63,487 nucleotides of DNA, filler included, from Bigelowiella natans CCMP2755 (GCA_000320545.1; 6 parts of 6 records of this genome joined end to end with filler, not necessarily neighbours in it), one strand, 5' to 3'. Positions 12,990 to 24,925 are shown, numbered from the whole stretch's first letter. Made by a program: numbers and translations. Notes: a model not told the origin generated them from the letters alone.

Positions 12990-13441
12990 ATTTGAAAAAT
13001 CTTGGTTTCATGCCTGGCTCTCGCACAACAGGAATCACATTGAAGCTGCCAAGCATCGCCACATCATGGATGCGCGCCATCTGTGGTGTTGGCAACCTTG
13101 GAACTTTTTTGCTGTCCAGAGGACAACGAACAAAATTGGAAGCAATGTGTGACACATGCAACACATTGCAAGACATGGACCACATTCTGCAATGCAGAAA
13201 GCACGGACCACAGAGACTCAGACTCAACAAACAATTGACGGCCATCATGGATCGCAACGATGAGACTGCGCGTCTCACAACCGCAGAAAAAACCACTCGC
13301 AAAGCTGCGCGCAAAGCGCGACATGCTAGACCAAATCATGATGCATTTTCATGCATGCAACATGCAACCAAGGAAACAAACAGACACAACATTAGCGCTG
13401 TAGCCGCTGCATTGCACAGCTGCATTGTGCAATCAGGATGA
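12990..13441 (+). mobile_element. 5'-truncated non-LTR retrotransposon (LINE ORF2 C-terminal zinc-binding region)
   Basis: ORF 12890-13441 contains MRAICGVGNLGTFLLSRG..CDTCNTLQDMDHILQCRKHGPQRLRL, matching the C-x2-C..H..C..R motif at the end of LINE ORF2. No RT domain present. Confidence 0.6.
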
Positions 13442-13902
13442 CCATTGAAAAAATTTAAACATTTCATTGCATCCGTCTCACATCACAGAATCGCAACCAT
13501 CGATCACGACGCAAAGTTGCGAGATGTCATCGTGTCGATGGCTTGTGGCGCGCACGCTTAGTTTTAGCTAGCCGTTGCGACATCACTCAAATGCACATGC
13601 TTGTTGCTGGCGCACATTTGTCTCAGAATGTGCATTGCACATTCCAGGCGCGCACACTGCGTTTCAAAATCATTCATCACAATTCACACAGACACACAAC
13701 AGTCCATTGGCGCGCAATTGCAACCGCTGCAGCGCTGGGCTGCGCATCACAGGCGCGTGCACATTCTGGACATTGCTTGCCAAGCTGCAATGAGCGCAGC
13801 TGAAACAACGTGCCATTGCATGCACCGCATGCACGCACTGCTAGACTGTTCACTGCCGGCATGGACACACACCACATCGGAGGCTGTCCACAAGCCAGCA
13901 AG

Positions 13903-14296
13903 TGTTGCATGATTTGCCCGCTCTAGCGCTTGACTGTGGTGTCCAGACGTTGGTGCAACGCACGGCACCATGTAGCGCGTACCACTACGCGGGCACAAGT
14001 CACGTGCGACAACAAAGGGGTTGTCGCGGATATAGAATATAGATAACGTAGATATTAATACAGCATAGGCACGTGGGTTCCGGCGGGACTCATGGCAGCA
14101 CACCGGAAGTGTGCTGCCCCACGTGCGGCGGCATTCGCGAAAGCTTCGCGAATGATTACGCAGTGCACGATTTAATAAAAATATAATCTTTAATAAAAAT
14201 AAACACAACTCTTCAAAAGGAAGCAAACGTGCCTTTCCCCCCCCCTGCCTACTTGTGCACGTAGCGCCTCGGCCTGTGAACACCTTACGCGCAACA
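13903..14296 (+). mobile_element. LTR (394 bp), oriented on + by TATA, poly(A) and PBS order
   Basis: Termini TGTTGC (13903) and GCAACA (14296) are inverted repeats. TATA-like tract about 14030-14060, AATAAA at 14174, 14192 and 14198, then 5 nt (acctt) and a TGG-starting PBS at 14302. No second LTR is visible because of the gap. Confidence 0.75.
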
Positions 14297-17128
14297 ACCT
14301 TTGGCTTCCACGCGGGGAATCGAACCCCGATCTTGGGAGTGAAAATCCCATATCCTCCCCTTCCTCTCGGTAACCTTTGCAACGCCACCCCAGAAGGGGT
14401 CTTGTTTATTTCTCGATCTCAGATTTACCTTGGCCCTAACATACTGTCCTTCCTTTAGAACTCGGCCATCGTACGGGACCTTCTCGTCTTCGCTCTCGGT
14501 ATCGTCGTCGTTGTCGTCGCCTTCTTCCCTCTCCTTATCCTTGATACCTCCCCCAGACGTGAAGGTGTCGTTTACTAACCCTTGTATCTTGTCTGGTGTG
14601 GTGCTATTTATCCTGCTTAGGTTGGCCAAGGTGCGGTGGAGTCGCTCTACCTTGGAGTTGGACTGGGCATAGTATACAGGTGAGGCATCAATATTAGGGT
14701 GTGGTAGCTGTAGAAGAGAGGTCTCATTATCCACATGTAACTTCTTTGGTATCTTGTTTATGCTAACTTCATCAGGGATAGCCTGGAGCTCAGACTCCCA
14801 GGTACGGTAGCAGTTAGTAAGCCTCTGCTTATATAAGCCTTTGTTCTTCTTAGCAACGTTGACCTTGATAATCTTTTTAACCCAGCACTTTCCAGTGGCC
14901 ACATCAACGAAGGTAAGGTAGTGATAGCCATCGTACTTATAAACATCAATTTGCACGATATCTAAGAAGTTCCTTGCTTTGATTTTCTTAGATGCACGGC
15001 TCTTGCTGGACTCCTTGGTGGCGACGCCTGCCGCCTTCAAGCTGGAGCACCTGCAGCCACGCAGGTATGTCCTTATCTCTTTTAGCTTGTAGGGCCAGTA
15101 GTAATGGTAGAGTAGAGCAGTGATATGGTTTTCTCCTACGTGTGCAGGTCCATGGGCGGTAAAGAGAAGGGCTCCCCTGGTCCGCCGTGGCACGTAGGTA
15201 CGCCTAACATTATTAGTGTATACATATATCCTATCACTAAGTACCTCATGCTTGTGTTTGTATTTATCCAGGTGTTCTTGAAGGTGCTGGAGCTCCTCTG
15301 GCTCAGGCAGGAAGTCGCCGTCCTCGAAGGTAATCGCGTTAACCATAGGGGTGACCTGGGTAGGGACTTTCTTTTCGAACAGCCTGCTGAAATAGTCAGC
15401 AAGCTGCTTGTCTCCTGGTGCGTAGACCACTGTCCTCTTGTCCCTAAACTCTTCCGTGTCCGCCCTCATAGCTGCATACTCATCGTTAGGCGCTTCGAGC
15501 TTGCGGTCGATGCCTAGGAGGGGCTTGTGGTCAGTCATTAAGGTGAAGCTGGGCACCGACAGCAGGTAGTATCTTAGTTTCCTCTGCGCCTCAGTCATGG
15601 CTTTATACTCTCCTTTTGTAGGGCTGTACTTGGCCTCAGCTGCTGTGCAGGCCCTGCCCCACACCCGTATGATCTGCTGGTCTTGGGTAAGTACAGCAGC
15701 CATACCTAGCTTAGACCAGTCTGTCCATAGGGTAGCTGGTCTAGTAGTGTCTAGCTTAGCATTCAATAGGGTGTTGCTGCATAACTTTATTAGGTTATCG
15801 AAGTGGGCATCAAGGCCAGCCTTGGCCCACACCTTAGCGAAGCTGAGGCCTACAGAGTTCTCCTTCCGGTAAGCAGTAGTAAAAGCAGCTGCAGTCCTAG
15901 CGTAGGTAGGGGAGAACCTACGTAGTATCCAAGCTGCAGTCTGCAAGAATGACTTTAACTCCTTTGCATTCTTAGGTTTAGGGGCTTGCTGTAGTGCTGC
16001 TACTTTCTCGGGGTTTGGGGTGATGCGGCCTTGCTCCAGGTAATATCCACACCACTTGATTCTTGTAGCTAGGAATGTACACTTCTGCAGTCTAATAGTA
16101 AAACCGAAGTGTGCAAACCTAATAAATATATTTTCCAGGAGGAAGATCTGAGCGACGACTGTGTTGGTACATATTATGTCATCATCCACATACACAAACA
16201 CAAACACCCACAACACAGACGCCATCCCATCATGTGTGTATGCCCTGTAGTTCTGACTACTGAACGCATCCCCTGATATGCTTAGGCCGTAAGGGAATAC
16301 GACGAAGTGCCACTTCCTGTGCCTGCTGGAGAACGCGGTAATGGGGCGGGAGGTTTTGTGGATGGGTGTCTGCATGTATGATTCATTTTTATCTAGGGAA
16401 GAGTAGTATTTGTATCCTATGACGTGTTCAATAACGTCATCTATCCTTGGTGTAGGTGTCTGGATCCTCTTTATTACTCGGTTGTGGCGGATGAAGTTGT
16501 GCGCCAGGCGGAAGAAAGGGTAAGTAGGTTTCTTAGCTAGCACATGTCTCACGTTCCATGGTGAGTTGCTTGGCTCTATCTTCCCTTCCTTTGCCCATTC
16601 ATTGATCTGCCACTCTATCTTTTCCCAGTCCGCTTCCGGTCGCCTATGTTCTGGGTCATTGATGATGCACTCTTCGTATCCCTTCTTTAGCTCGATCTTT
16701 ACTGGGGTAAGCTTGCTGGAGGGCTTCGTCGTCGGCTTGGTGATGTCAGAGTACTTCTCGTTTAATATTTTATTAATGTACTTTTTGCCTTTGTCGATAT
16801 CCCAATCATCAGCTGGGGGGGTCTTGTCCAGTAGCTCCGTTATCTGTCGGATGGTCTTGCCGGGGTTCTTCTTCCGTAGCTCGGTAGGTGTAGGTAGCTT
16901 GTTGTCCGCTAGGTCCATAAACTCTAACGCATTAACGCTTGACTCAGAGGTCCACTCGTCAAGCCGTATCATGTTCTGGCTGATGGTCCTGCCTGACTTC
17001 TTTGGCAACTTAGCAAAGTATATCTTGTGATTGTAGAATGATATGATCCCCCCTAATTTTTCTAGGGCATCCTGTCCGAGGAGTAGTTCCATGGATAAAG
17101 TCATGGCTACTCGGGTCTTGATTTGGGT
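14285..17128 (-). mobile_element. Ty3/Gypsy (Metaviridae) pol: protease end, RT, RNase H, integrase; uninterrupted frame running into the gap
   Basis: LLGQDAL (protease end); LDKNESYMQ, PYGLS, YVDD at 16181-16192 (RT); TDWSKLGMAAVLTQ and TDHKPL (RNase H); H-H-C-C then D (VQIDVY), D (HVDNE), E (KVERLH) (integrase). RT-RH-IN order indicates Gypsy. Confidence 0.95.
14302..14356 (-). tRNA. tRNA-Glu(TTC) 3' fragment (about nt 21-76) with encoded CCA; extended primer-binding site, not a functional tRNA gene
   Basis: Minus strand reads AGGATA TGGGA-TTTTCAC-TCCCA AGAT CGGGG-TTCGATT-CCCCG CGTGGAA G CCA: perfect anticodon and T stems, TTC anticodon, 4-nt variable loop. The 5' acceptor strand (TTCCACG) is absent. 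Confidence 0.88.
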
Positions 17129-17228
17129 NNNNNNNNNNNNNNNNNNNNNNNNNNNNNNNNNNNNNNNNNNNNTTAATTAATTAANNNNNNNNNNNNNNNN
17201 NNNNNNNNNNNNNNNNNNNNNNNNNNNN
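17129..17228. other. Scaffold gap with artificial TTAATTAATTAA linker (also 24660-24759, 44435-44534, 51282-51381, 60460-60559)
   Basis: Identical N44-TTAATTAATTAA-N44 layout five times; genes on each side are truncated, so true gap sizes are unknown. Confidence 0.97.
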
Positions 17229-17426
17229 GTTGCTTTTTTTCTCCCTTCCCCCCCCCCCCGCGTGGGCGGGGGGGACGCGCCCTCCCAACCCCCTTGTGTT
17301 TTTACCCCCCGCTAGAATAAAAAACTCTCTCTCTCTCTCTCTCCCTCCCCCTCCCCCCCCCCCCTCCCCCAACCCCCTTCCCCTTTTTTTTTGGCTCCCT
17401 ATTCATTGTTGGGGACGGCAAGTTAC

Positions 17427-17513
17427 ATTAATTTGCGTATAGTTGTTTTCTTTCGAGGGGAGCCCCAGCCAAAATCTAGCAAGGGGAGTGGAGGAGGAGG
17501 AGGAGGAGGAGGG

Positions 17514-17555
<42 letters not shown>

Positions 17556-18310
17556 TCCTAACCAGCTCCAAACACAAACACAAGTTATACGAACGCCTAC
17601 CCACACGCACACACGCCGCACGGACAAGTCAGGAAAACAGCAAACTTGACGAGGTGCTTGTTGTCACATCCTCCTATGCAGCAGCATCGCTCATCTTCTC
17701 TCATCATCATCATCGTCGTTGTTGCTCCTTACAGTTCCACTGTCGCGACGGAAGTCATCATCTCTGAGGGAATTGCCGCATGAAAACCAGCCACAAAGAG
17801 AATCAGCGATAAGGATTAAGGAGGGCAATACATATACATGAATATACTTATGTATATGCACCACAGACAATGTGAAATCAGTGAAACAAACGCAATGCGT
17901 ACCTGCCTGAGGCATGGCGCCCATGTTAGCCCCTTAGAGAGGAAGAAGAAGAAGAAGAAGAAGAAGAAGAAGAAAGAAGAGAGGAGGACGGGGGGAGAAT
18001 GAGGTAGAAGAAGCGGGAGGAGAGAGTATGATGATAAGGCGTCGTTTTCTACAACACGGAGGGAAAGCGATAGATGGCGAGGACAGATACAATGTGATAA
18101 GGAATGAGGGTGAGGCAGCAGTTGACGATGACGGCAGTATTGGCCAAGAAAATACTGGCCAAGAAACAACACAACAAGCAAGCAAGCACCCCAAGCTCGT
18201 AGCAGCTCCTTCTTATCGACCTGCACAGATCGCCAACACCACAGAAAATCACAACACACGCCTAGTGTAAGTAACTTCACACACACGCACACACACACTA
18301 AGTATATAAA

Positions 18311-18349
<39 letters not shown>

Positions 18350-18522
18350 TTAAATTATGTAGCAAGCGGGTACTACGAATCCAAAGCAGTTGTTGCAGCA
18401 GCGCACCACGACCTTCTTCCCAACGTCATAATAGTCTCTTAGAGCTCTGAAAAGCACGTCTGAGAACTCAAATCTGGCATTGTCGGGGATCTGAGGAACA
18501 GGGAGATAGGGAACATCATACA

Positions 18523-18566
<44 letters not shown>

Positions 18567-18638
18567 AACACACGCTCAAACACACACACACACAAGCACA
18601 CACAGGCAGTCATCGTCTCAGTTTCTACCCAAGGGTCA

Positions 18639-18670
<32 letters not shown>

Positions 18671-18675
18671 TTTAC

Positions 18676-18713
<38 letters not shown>

Positions 18714-19705
18714 TCGTCATCTCATTATTCTCATTCATACGCATTAGCATTCTATTGTCTTCTCGAACAAACCCTGATTGAATGTTCCGTCACTGGTTCA
18801 TCATCGTCCGCAGGAATCTTGACGTAGGAGAACACCATTGGCCTGTTCTTCGGCGGTGCTTCTGCTCAAAAGAAAATCAATGACGACGACGCCAAGAATG
18901 CAGTACCAGTATTTCAATCAAGATCATGCCGCATGGCCAAAGTCAATATGTAAGCGGGGCACTAGACAACGCTGCGAACTATCCCCCCCTCCCTCCTTCA
19001 CAGAAATCTTGATCACAGTGCTGTACAAATTGAGGCAGTCATAAAACCTCTGGCCTCGATCTGATTCTCTCGCTCCTCTTCCTGTTGTTCCATCGCCTAA
19101 TGTGATAAAAAGGGGCGGGGGGCGAGGTGTGTGAAGGCCTCATTAGGGAAGGACCGATTACAGGAAACGGAAATACGCAGAAAGAAAATATGCAGGGAAT
19201 GGCAAAGGGGTGGGGGGGAGGGGTGGGCGGCGTCACGTACCCCGACCATTTCCTCGTTGATAGATTCCCGTTTCAATCTGGCTTGCTCGGAAGGAAATTC
19301 ACCCGGCAGCTCCTCCTCCTCTTCCTCTTCCTCTTCCTCAATGCCCCCCTGTTGCTGGACCTGTGGTTCCGCTGCTTGACCCCCCCTGAGATGGCGAGCG
19401 AGGGGGTAGATGGTGGAGGAGGGGCGTGCAGCTCTCGCTGCGAAAGCAGGTCTCGATAGCGGCTTACTATATGTCTGTGAATCCTCCCTCGCCACCCCCC
19501 CGGCGAGTGATATTCCAACTGTCAGAGGCTGCGAGGTGAAAAGGGGGATGGCGCGAAGTGTGGCTGCTGGAAGCAACACAGCAGTCATCGAAACAAGCGA
19601 GAGCGCCAGGGTTCGCAACCGGCACGGCGGCCCCGCGAGCGCTCCACCAGGCCGGGGGGCGGGCGCGTGTGGCTGCGCACGTGCGATGCGGATATTGCTC
19701 TCCAT
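17427..19705 (-). CDS. Conserved-looking protist protein (FSYVKIPADDDEP domain) with signal peptide and leader ending in HLRGG; 3' end in gap
   Basis: Exons: MESNIRI..RTLALSLVSMTAVLLPAATLRAIPLF..RHLRGG..; EAPPKNRPMVFSYVKIPADDDEPVTEHSIR; IPDNARFEFSDVLFRALRDYYDVGK..; VDKKELLRAW; GANMGAMPQA; EMMTSVATVEL; FWLGLPSKENNYTQIN. I recall this kind of N-terminal domain from protist CS/MYND-associated proteins (from memory, unverified). Confidence 0.6.
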
Positions 19706-20654
19706 CAGCAGTGTCTTGCCCGGAGCGCTGCCTCTCTGTTTCTTCCGGCGCCGGCCTTGCGAGCGTTAGGCATTCGTGGCGGCTCCCTGTTTGTATCTGC
19801 CTATCGTCGGCTGGTGTATCTGCAGTCTTCGGCGCACAGAGGGATTTATTATCAACACATCCTATCGTCGGGGATTCACCGGCAGTACCACCGAACAAAT
19901 CTTGCCAGGAGTTAAGCAGTAATTTTGAGCCAAGAACATCCCATGCGGAGTGGCGGCTGTGGACGGGAATGCACCGCTCCGGCTCGGCTTGTGGGCCGCC
20001 AACCGCCCGCTGGAAGAAATGGGGGGCAAATTCTCCGATGTTCGACCGATAGGAAAAAGCCGGATCGATTGGAACTCATCGAAAGAATCGAATCGAAAAG
20101 GGACGGAAATTCGGGAACCCAAGGGGAAGAACGTTCGCGGAACCCGGAACCCAGGACCGGCGATTAATTTCTGCGGCGACCGAAACCGCAGCGCGTTGCA
20201 CACATTGCGACAAGGCTTTTCAGGCTACCGATCCTTCTTAACCCGAAATCCCGGCCCAGCCAAGAAGGGCAAGATGTGCTATAATTTATCATTGCGACAA
20301 CAAAATTGTTTGTCTCTTATTGAAAACGTGCTCTGGTAAGGGGCCTACCCAATCGACAGAGAAGGAAAACACACGGAAGGGGGGGGGGAATAGACACAAT
20401 AAACCACGTCCTCGAACCTCCGCTATCCATAGAATCTGCTACCTCCTGTGTTAGCAAGACATTGCGCGCGTCAAGGTCTTCTGCTACTGGCGTGGAGCCG
20501 CGCGGTTGAGAAGCGCATCCACCTGCTGGAAGGTTCTCCTTGCGCGCAGAAAGCAGCTGACTTCCGATCTCGAGAAGAGAAACGGAGGTGAGGTGGAGCA
20601 GAAAAGGAAATCAAGACTAAGAATAATCTTGAGTTCATTCGATAGATAGGGAAA

Positions 20655-21616
20655 ATGAGCCGCAGGTGCGTACTGTCAAAACCCTCTTGCGAAACCTTTT
20701 GAGATGCGTCTTATTCTCTTTCTACAATGGTTGAATGTGTCATTGTTTCCCGGCCTCAGATCACAACTCACGTTCATGGGGATTCTACTATCCTGGTCGG
20801 TGCTGCTCTCGCCGGCTCAGAGCAAAGAGGCTGTTAGAAATGACACGACAGCGGTAACACCGAGCACCGAGTCGATAAGCAGCGGGGGGGGCACCGACCA
20901 GTCTTCACTTGAGGATCGTTTCGAAGAGTGGGCGGTGAAGTTTAACAAAGAATACAAGAATCAGGTAGTTTATCTCCGCCCACCATCGAGTGCGAAGAAT
21001 GACACGAATCATCATGCACAGGAGGAAAGAGCGAGCAGATTTGCGATATGGGCCGAAAATTACCGCCACATCCAAGCTGAGAACTCAAAGAATCAAACGT
21101 AGCACTCCGCCCCCTCCCCCTTCCCCGTTCACAATAACTACCAATAGAAACAACAGCAGGAAAAATAATGATGACATAGACAACGAGAACATGAATTCAC
21201 CATTGCAGAAGATGAAGCCAACAGCTACTAGCACTAAAAAGCATACACATACTACGCACCCAACTAGCAATGCAGAAAACGGGGGGGGGGGGGCAAGAGA
21301 ATCTTAAACTAGAACTAGAAATATATTCAAGCGCAGCCAAAAAATAGACACATACACATAAGTAGATTCACACGCACATCTCTATCAATCATCGCCCATC
21401 TTCCCCCTCCCACGCTAGATTTAATATCATTAGCTTCTTCCTCTTTATCATCATCATCATCATCACCATCATCATCCTAATTCCCCTCGTTTCTTCTCTT
21501 TTCCCTATCATCATTCAGATTCAGATTAGGTATGAACGCTTTCGGTGACATGACGCCAGACGAGTTCCGCCACAACGTTCTAATGTGAGTAGTAGGGGAA
21601 AGCCGTTTCCTCAGCT

Positions 21617-21653
<37 letters not shown>

Positions 21654-21676
21654 GCGCGCACGTTCTCAATAGAGAA

Positions 21677-21715
<39 letters not shown>

Positions 21716-22260
21716 GAGTGAAGAGACTATGCTTTCCTTGTCCACTCATCATCGGGAGGGGGCCTATAGTTGCTGCTATTACTACTTCTACGACTACTAC
21801 TACTACTACTACTACCACAACTGCCAATATTACTACTTCTCCAGCTATCCTCTCATCCCATATCATCATCGTTTGTAGGTCTCCGACGACGACGACAAAT
21901 CCTGCTGCTGTTGCGGAAGAAGAGGGGAATCTGAGGAGCAAGGGTCAGTGGCCGCACAACAGCAGCGCAAGATATAGGAACTACTACAGAGGCGAGAATG
22001 GTGTTGACGAGAACACGGGGGGGGGCGGGTTCTTTGGCGGAAGTGGCGGGTCTTCGCTCGGAGACGCGTTGGAGAATGGCGATTCCTCCTCCTCCTCCTC
22101 CTCCTCCTCCTCCTCTTCCTGGTGGACAGCGCTGTCAGATGGTGCTTTCAACATGCTAGGGGATGTGCTCCGTGCTATTCTTGGAATCCGCCCGCCTCCA
22201 GTTCTAGGTGAATAATAATAGTGCTGCTGCTGTATGCACGAATGCATCTTGCGCACGCTA

Positions 22261-22292
<32 letters not shown>

Positions 22293-22348
22293 GCACACAC
22301 AAACACAAACGCAAACACTGACTGACAACTAGAAGTAAGTAGTAGATA

Positions 22349-22380
<32 letters not shown>

Positions 22381-22456
22381 GTGAGTATGTGTTTGACGAC
22401 GACGACGACTCCCAGCAACGATTGCAATAATAACGGCATGAACGACGTTCATATAT

Positions 22457-22492
<36 letters not shown>

Positions 22493-23341
22493 GGGGCTCC
22501 GCGGCCTACCAAGCTCGATGCTTCCTCACTGCCAAAATGTAGTAGCCTTCTTTTGTATTGATGTTTGATGAAGTAATGTTGTGATGATGATGATGGTGAT
22601 GATTCATCTTCTGTGCTGCTGCAAGCTTGCTACTACTAATACGACTATAAAGCTTTTACACAAACAAACACTACATTTTACATATCTGTGTGAGCGTGAA
22701 TGGTATGGCTCTTGCTCTGTTGGTATCCCCCATCCACACAACCCACACGCACACACGCACAAGCGTGTAGAAATAGCCAAACGACGACGACGACGACGAC
22801 GACAGAACGCACGAACATCGGTCCGTCACTACTATTTACTGCCACAACATACAGCCGTTGACTGGGAGAAGGCCGGAGCAACATCAGTACCAATTATGCA
22901 GGTTTTAGAGTCCTCGTTCCCCCCTCCCATACTGAGACAGCGATAAGCGATCGCAAATAATCGTGAATCCAAAAATCTACACGTATACATATGATCGTAA
23001 TAATAATAACAGTGACTGTCGCAAAACACACAATTGCTGGTTATTCTCAGGGTCCCTGTGGCGCCTGCTACGCCTTCGCCTCTGTCGCAGCAATAGAAGC
23101 ACTTGAGTTCCAACAAACGGGTTACCTCATCCCGCGGTAAGTAAGTAAGGAAGTGTTTATAATAGTAGTAGTAGTAGTAGTAGTAGCAGCAGCAGCTTCA
23201 TTGGTGGAGTAACAGAAACGCACTGATTCTGCCCCTTTATATCCTCCGAGTAGTCTTTTTTTCATTCTTCTTCTTCTTCTTCTTCTTCTTCTTTAGCATC
23301 TTTAGCTTGCTCAGCAGCTGCTTGACCCTATTATGCTACTC

Positions 23342-23377
<36 letters not shown>

Positions 23378-23405
23378 CATTGTCGTCATTGTTGTCGTTG
23401 TTGTA

Positions 23406-23442
<37 letters not shown>

Positions 23443-23777
23443 GGAACAGGAGCGTCCATCAAATGGTCGCATGCTCTTTTAAGACAGGGAATGCGGGCTG
23501 CACTGGTATTATGATGTTGTTGCTGCTAATGATTAGTCGAGTACCGCGCGATGGTATTGACGACGACGATGATGATGATAGTTCTGACGGTGGTGGTAAT
23601 GATGATGATGAAGATGAAGAAGACGAAGGGAGATCGTAGGATATAGTCATGGACCGTCATCGTGTGTGTGTGGGGGGGGGTGTTTGTGCGTGTTTCAGTT
23701 GCCACACTCTGAATGCATTCTCCATGGAAGTACAATATGAGCGTGCTATATACACATAAGACTACTACATCCTAGTG

Positions 23778-23817
<40 letters not shown>

Positions 23818-23996
23818 CGCGCGCACGACAATATCATCACCACCATCATCATCGCCATCTCTACCACCGCCAGGCGGTCAGTTCGCCCCCGCCTTTAAAT
23901 ACGCAATGCAGCAGGTTGGTTAAGTTGCTGGTGCTGAATTGTGGTGCTCACATGGGCAAATTAGAAGCAGGAAGAAGAAATTACCATTAACCCATC

Positions 23997-24043
<47 letters not shown>

Positions 24044-24133
24044 TCCGACGTATCCGAAGAGGCAGCCTGGTTGTTGCCTGACATGCTATTGCTACTCGCA
24101 TTTTGTCATCATCACTTCGTCGTCGTTCTAATG

Positions 24134-24169
<36 letters not shown>

Positions 24170-24568
24170 GACCCTTCAGCCTCTCTGCCAATCGGATGCG
24201 CTTCATTATACCCTAGAGACTCGTAAACTGGCGCCCGAAGTTGACGTTCAGTGCCGAGATGTGAGAGCTCTTCCATCACAAACAACACCCACACTAAGGG
24301 GGGGGGGAGGGAGGGAGAGAGAGAAGTAGAGACGGCCTTCCCAATTGGTGGTGTGAGATGCATTTGTGTGTGTGTATGTGTTTACTAAACATGTACACGC
24401 CGCACAACGCTAAACAATGTGTAGATGACACACCTCATTGTCATCATCCTCTCTTTCAACCCTCCCCCCCCTTCCCTCCCTGGATGAAATAAATAGGGCA
24501 TCCGCATCAACGGTTACTCGGTCGTGGCGGAAAATAATGAGGAGCAGCTCATGGCCGCGGTAGCAAAG
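20655..24568 (+). CDS. Papain-family (C1A) cathepsin-L-like cysteine protease with I29 propeptide; C-terminus in gap
   Basis: Signal peptide; ERFNIN motif ERASRFAIWAENYRHIQAEN; GMNAFGD (GNFD); VDWEKAGA; Q-GPCGACYAF with catalytic Cys at 23066-23068; GNAGCTG; GIRINGYSVVAENNEEQLMAAVAK. Confidence 0.9.
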
Positions 24569-24759
24569 GTACCTCCTCCTCCTCCTCAATCTAATACACG
24601 CATACATGTGTGCCACTGGGAGAATAATGAATGACAAAAAAGGGGGGGGGGGGGGGGGGNNNNNNNNNNNNNNNNNNNNNNNNNNNNNNNNNNNNNNNNN
24701 NNNTTAATTAATTAANNNNNNNNNNNNNNNNNNNNNNNNNNNNNNNNNNNNNNNNNNNN

Positions 24760-24894
24760 TTGTATAAAATCGGGGAGAGAACGAAGTTAGCAACCTATCA
24801 GAAACAAACACTTGATGTTCATCAAGCTTGATGTTAATCAATATTTTACGTCGTATTTCCTGTTTTCCCTCATTCTTCATTTAAATATTACAAT

Positions 24895-24925
<31 letters not shown>

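Noticed and set aside
14302-14356. Functional or permuted tRNA-Glu gene
   Set aside because: No 5' acceptor strand (TTCCACG) upstream or downstream, and the encoded CCA shows it was copied from mature RNA.
13747-14388. 213-aa minus ORF across the LTR as a possible accessory gene
   Set aside because: No recognisable domain; it spans LTR, hairpins and flank, consistent with a chance frame in GC-rich DNA.
17173-17184. TTAATTAATTAA motif repeated five times in the window
   Set aside because: Always centred between 44 Ns; an artificial six-frame-stop scaffold linker.
17229-17420. C-rich sequence after the gap as the element's second LTR or a G-quadruplex cluster
   Set aside because: No convincing match to 13903-14296; it looks like low-quality contig-end or intronic sequence.
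19862-20640. Overlapping ORFs or ncRNA in the CpG-rich spacer
   Set aside because: No motif or stable RNA-gene pattern recognised; best explained as the divergent promoter region between two genes.
21586-22500. Poly-His/Tyr/Val/Glu ORFs and a possible complementary-repeat splicing code in introns
   Set aside because: These ORFs are translations of intronic microsatellites. In the introns I checked, the 5' and 3' repeats were not complementary.
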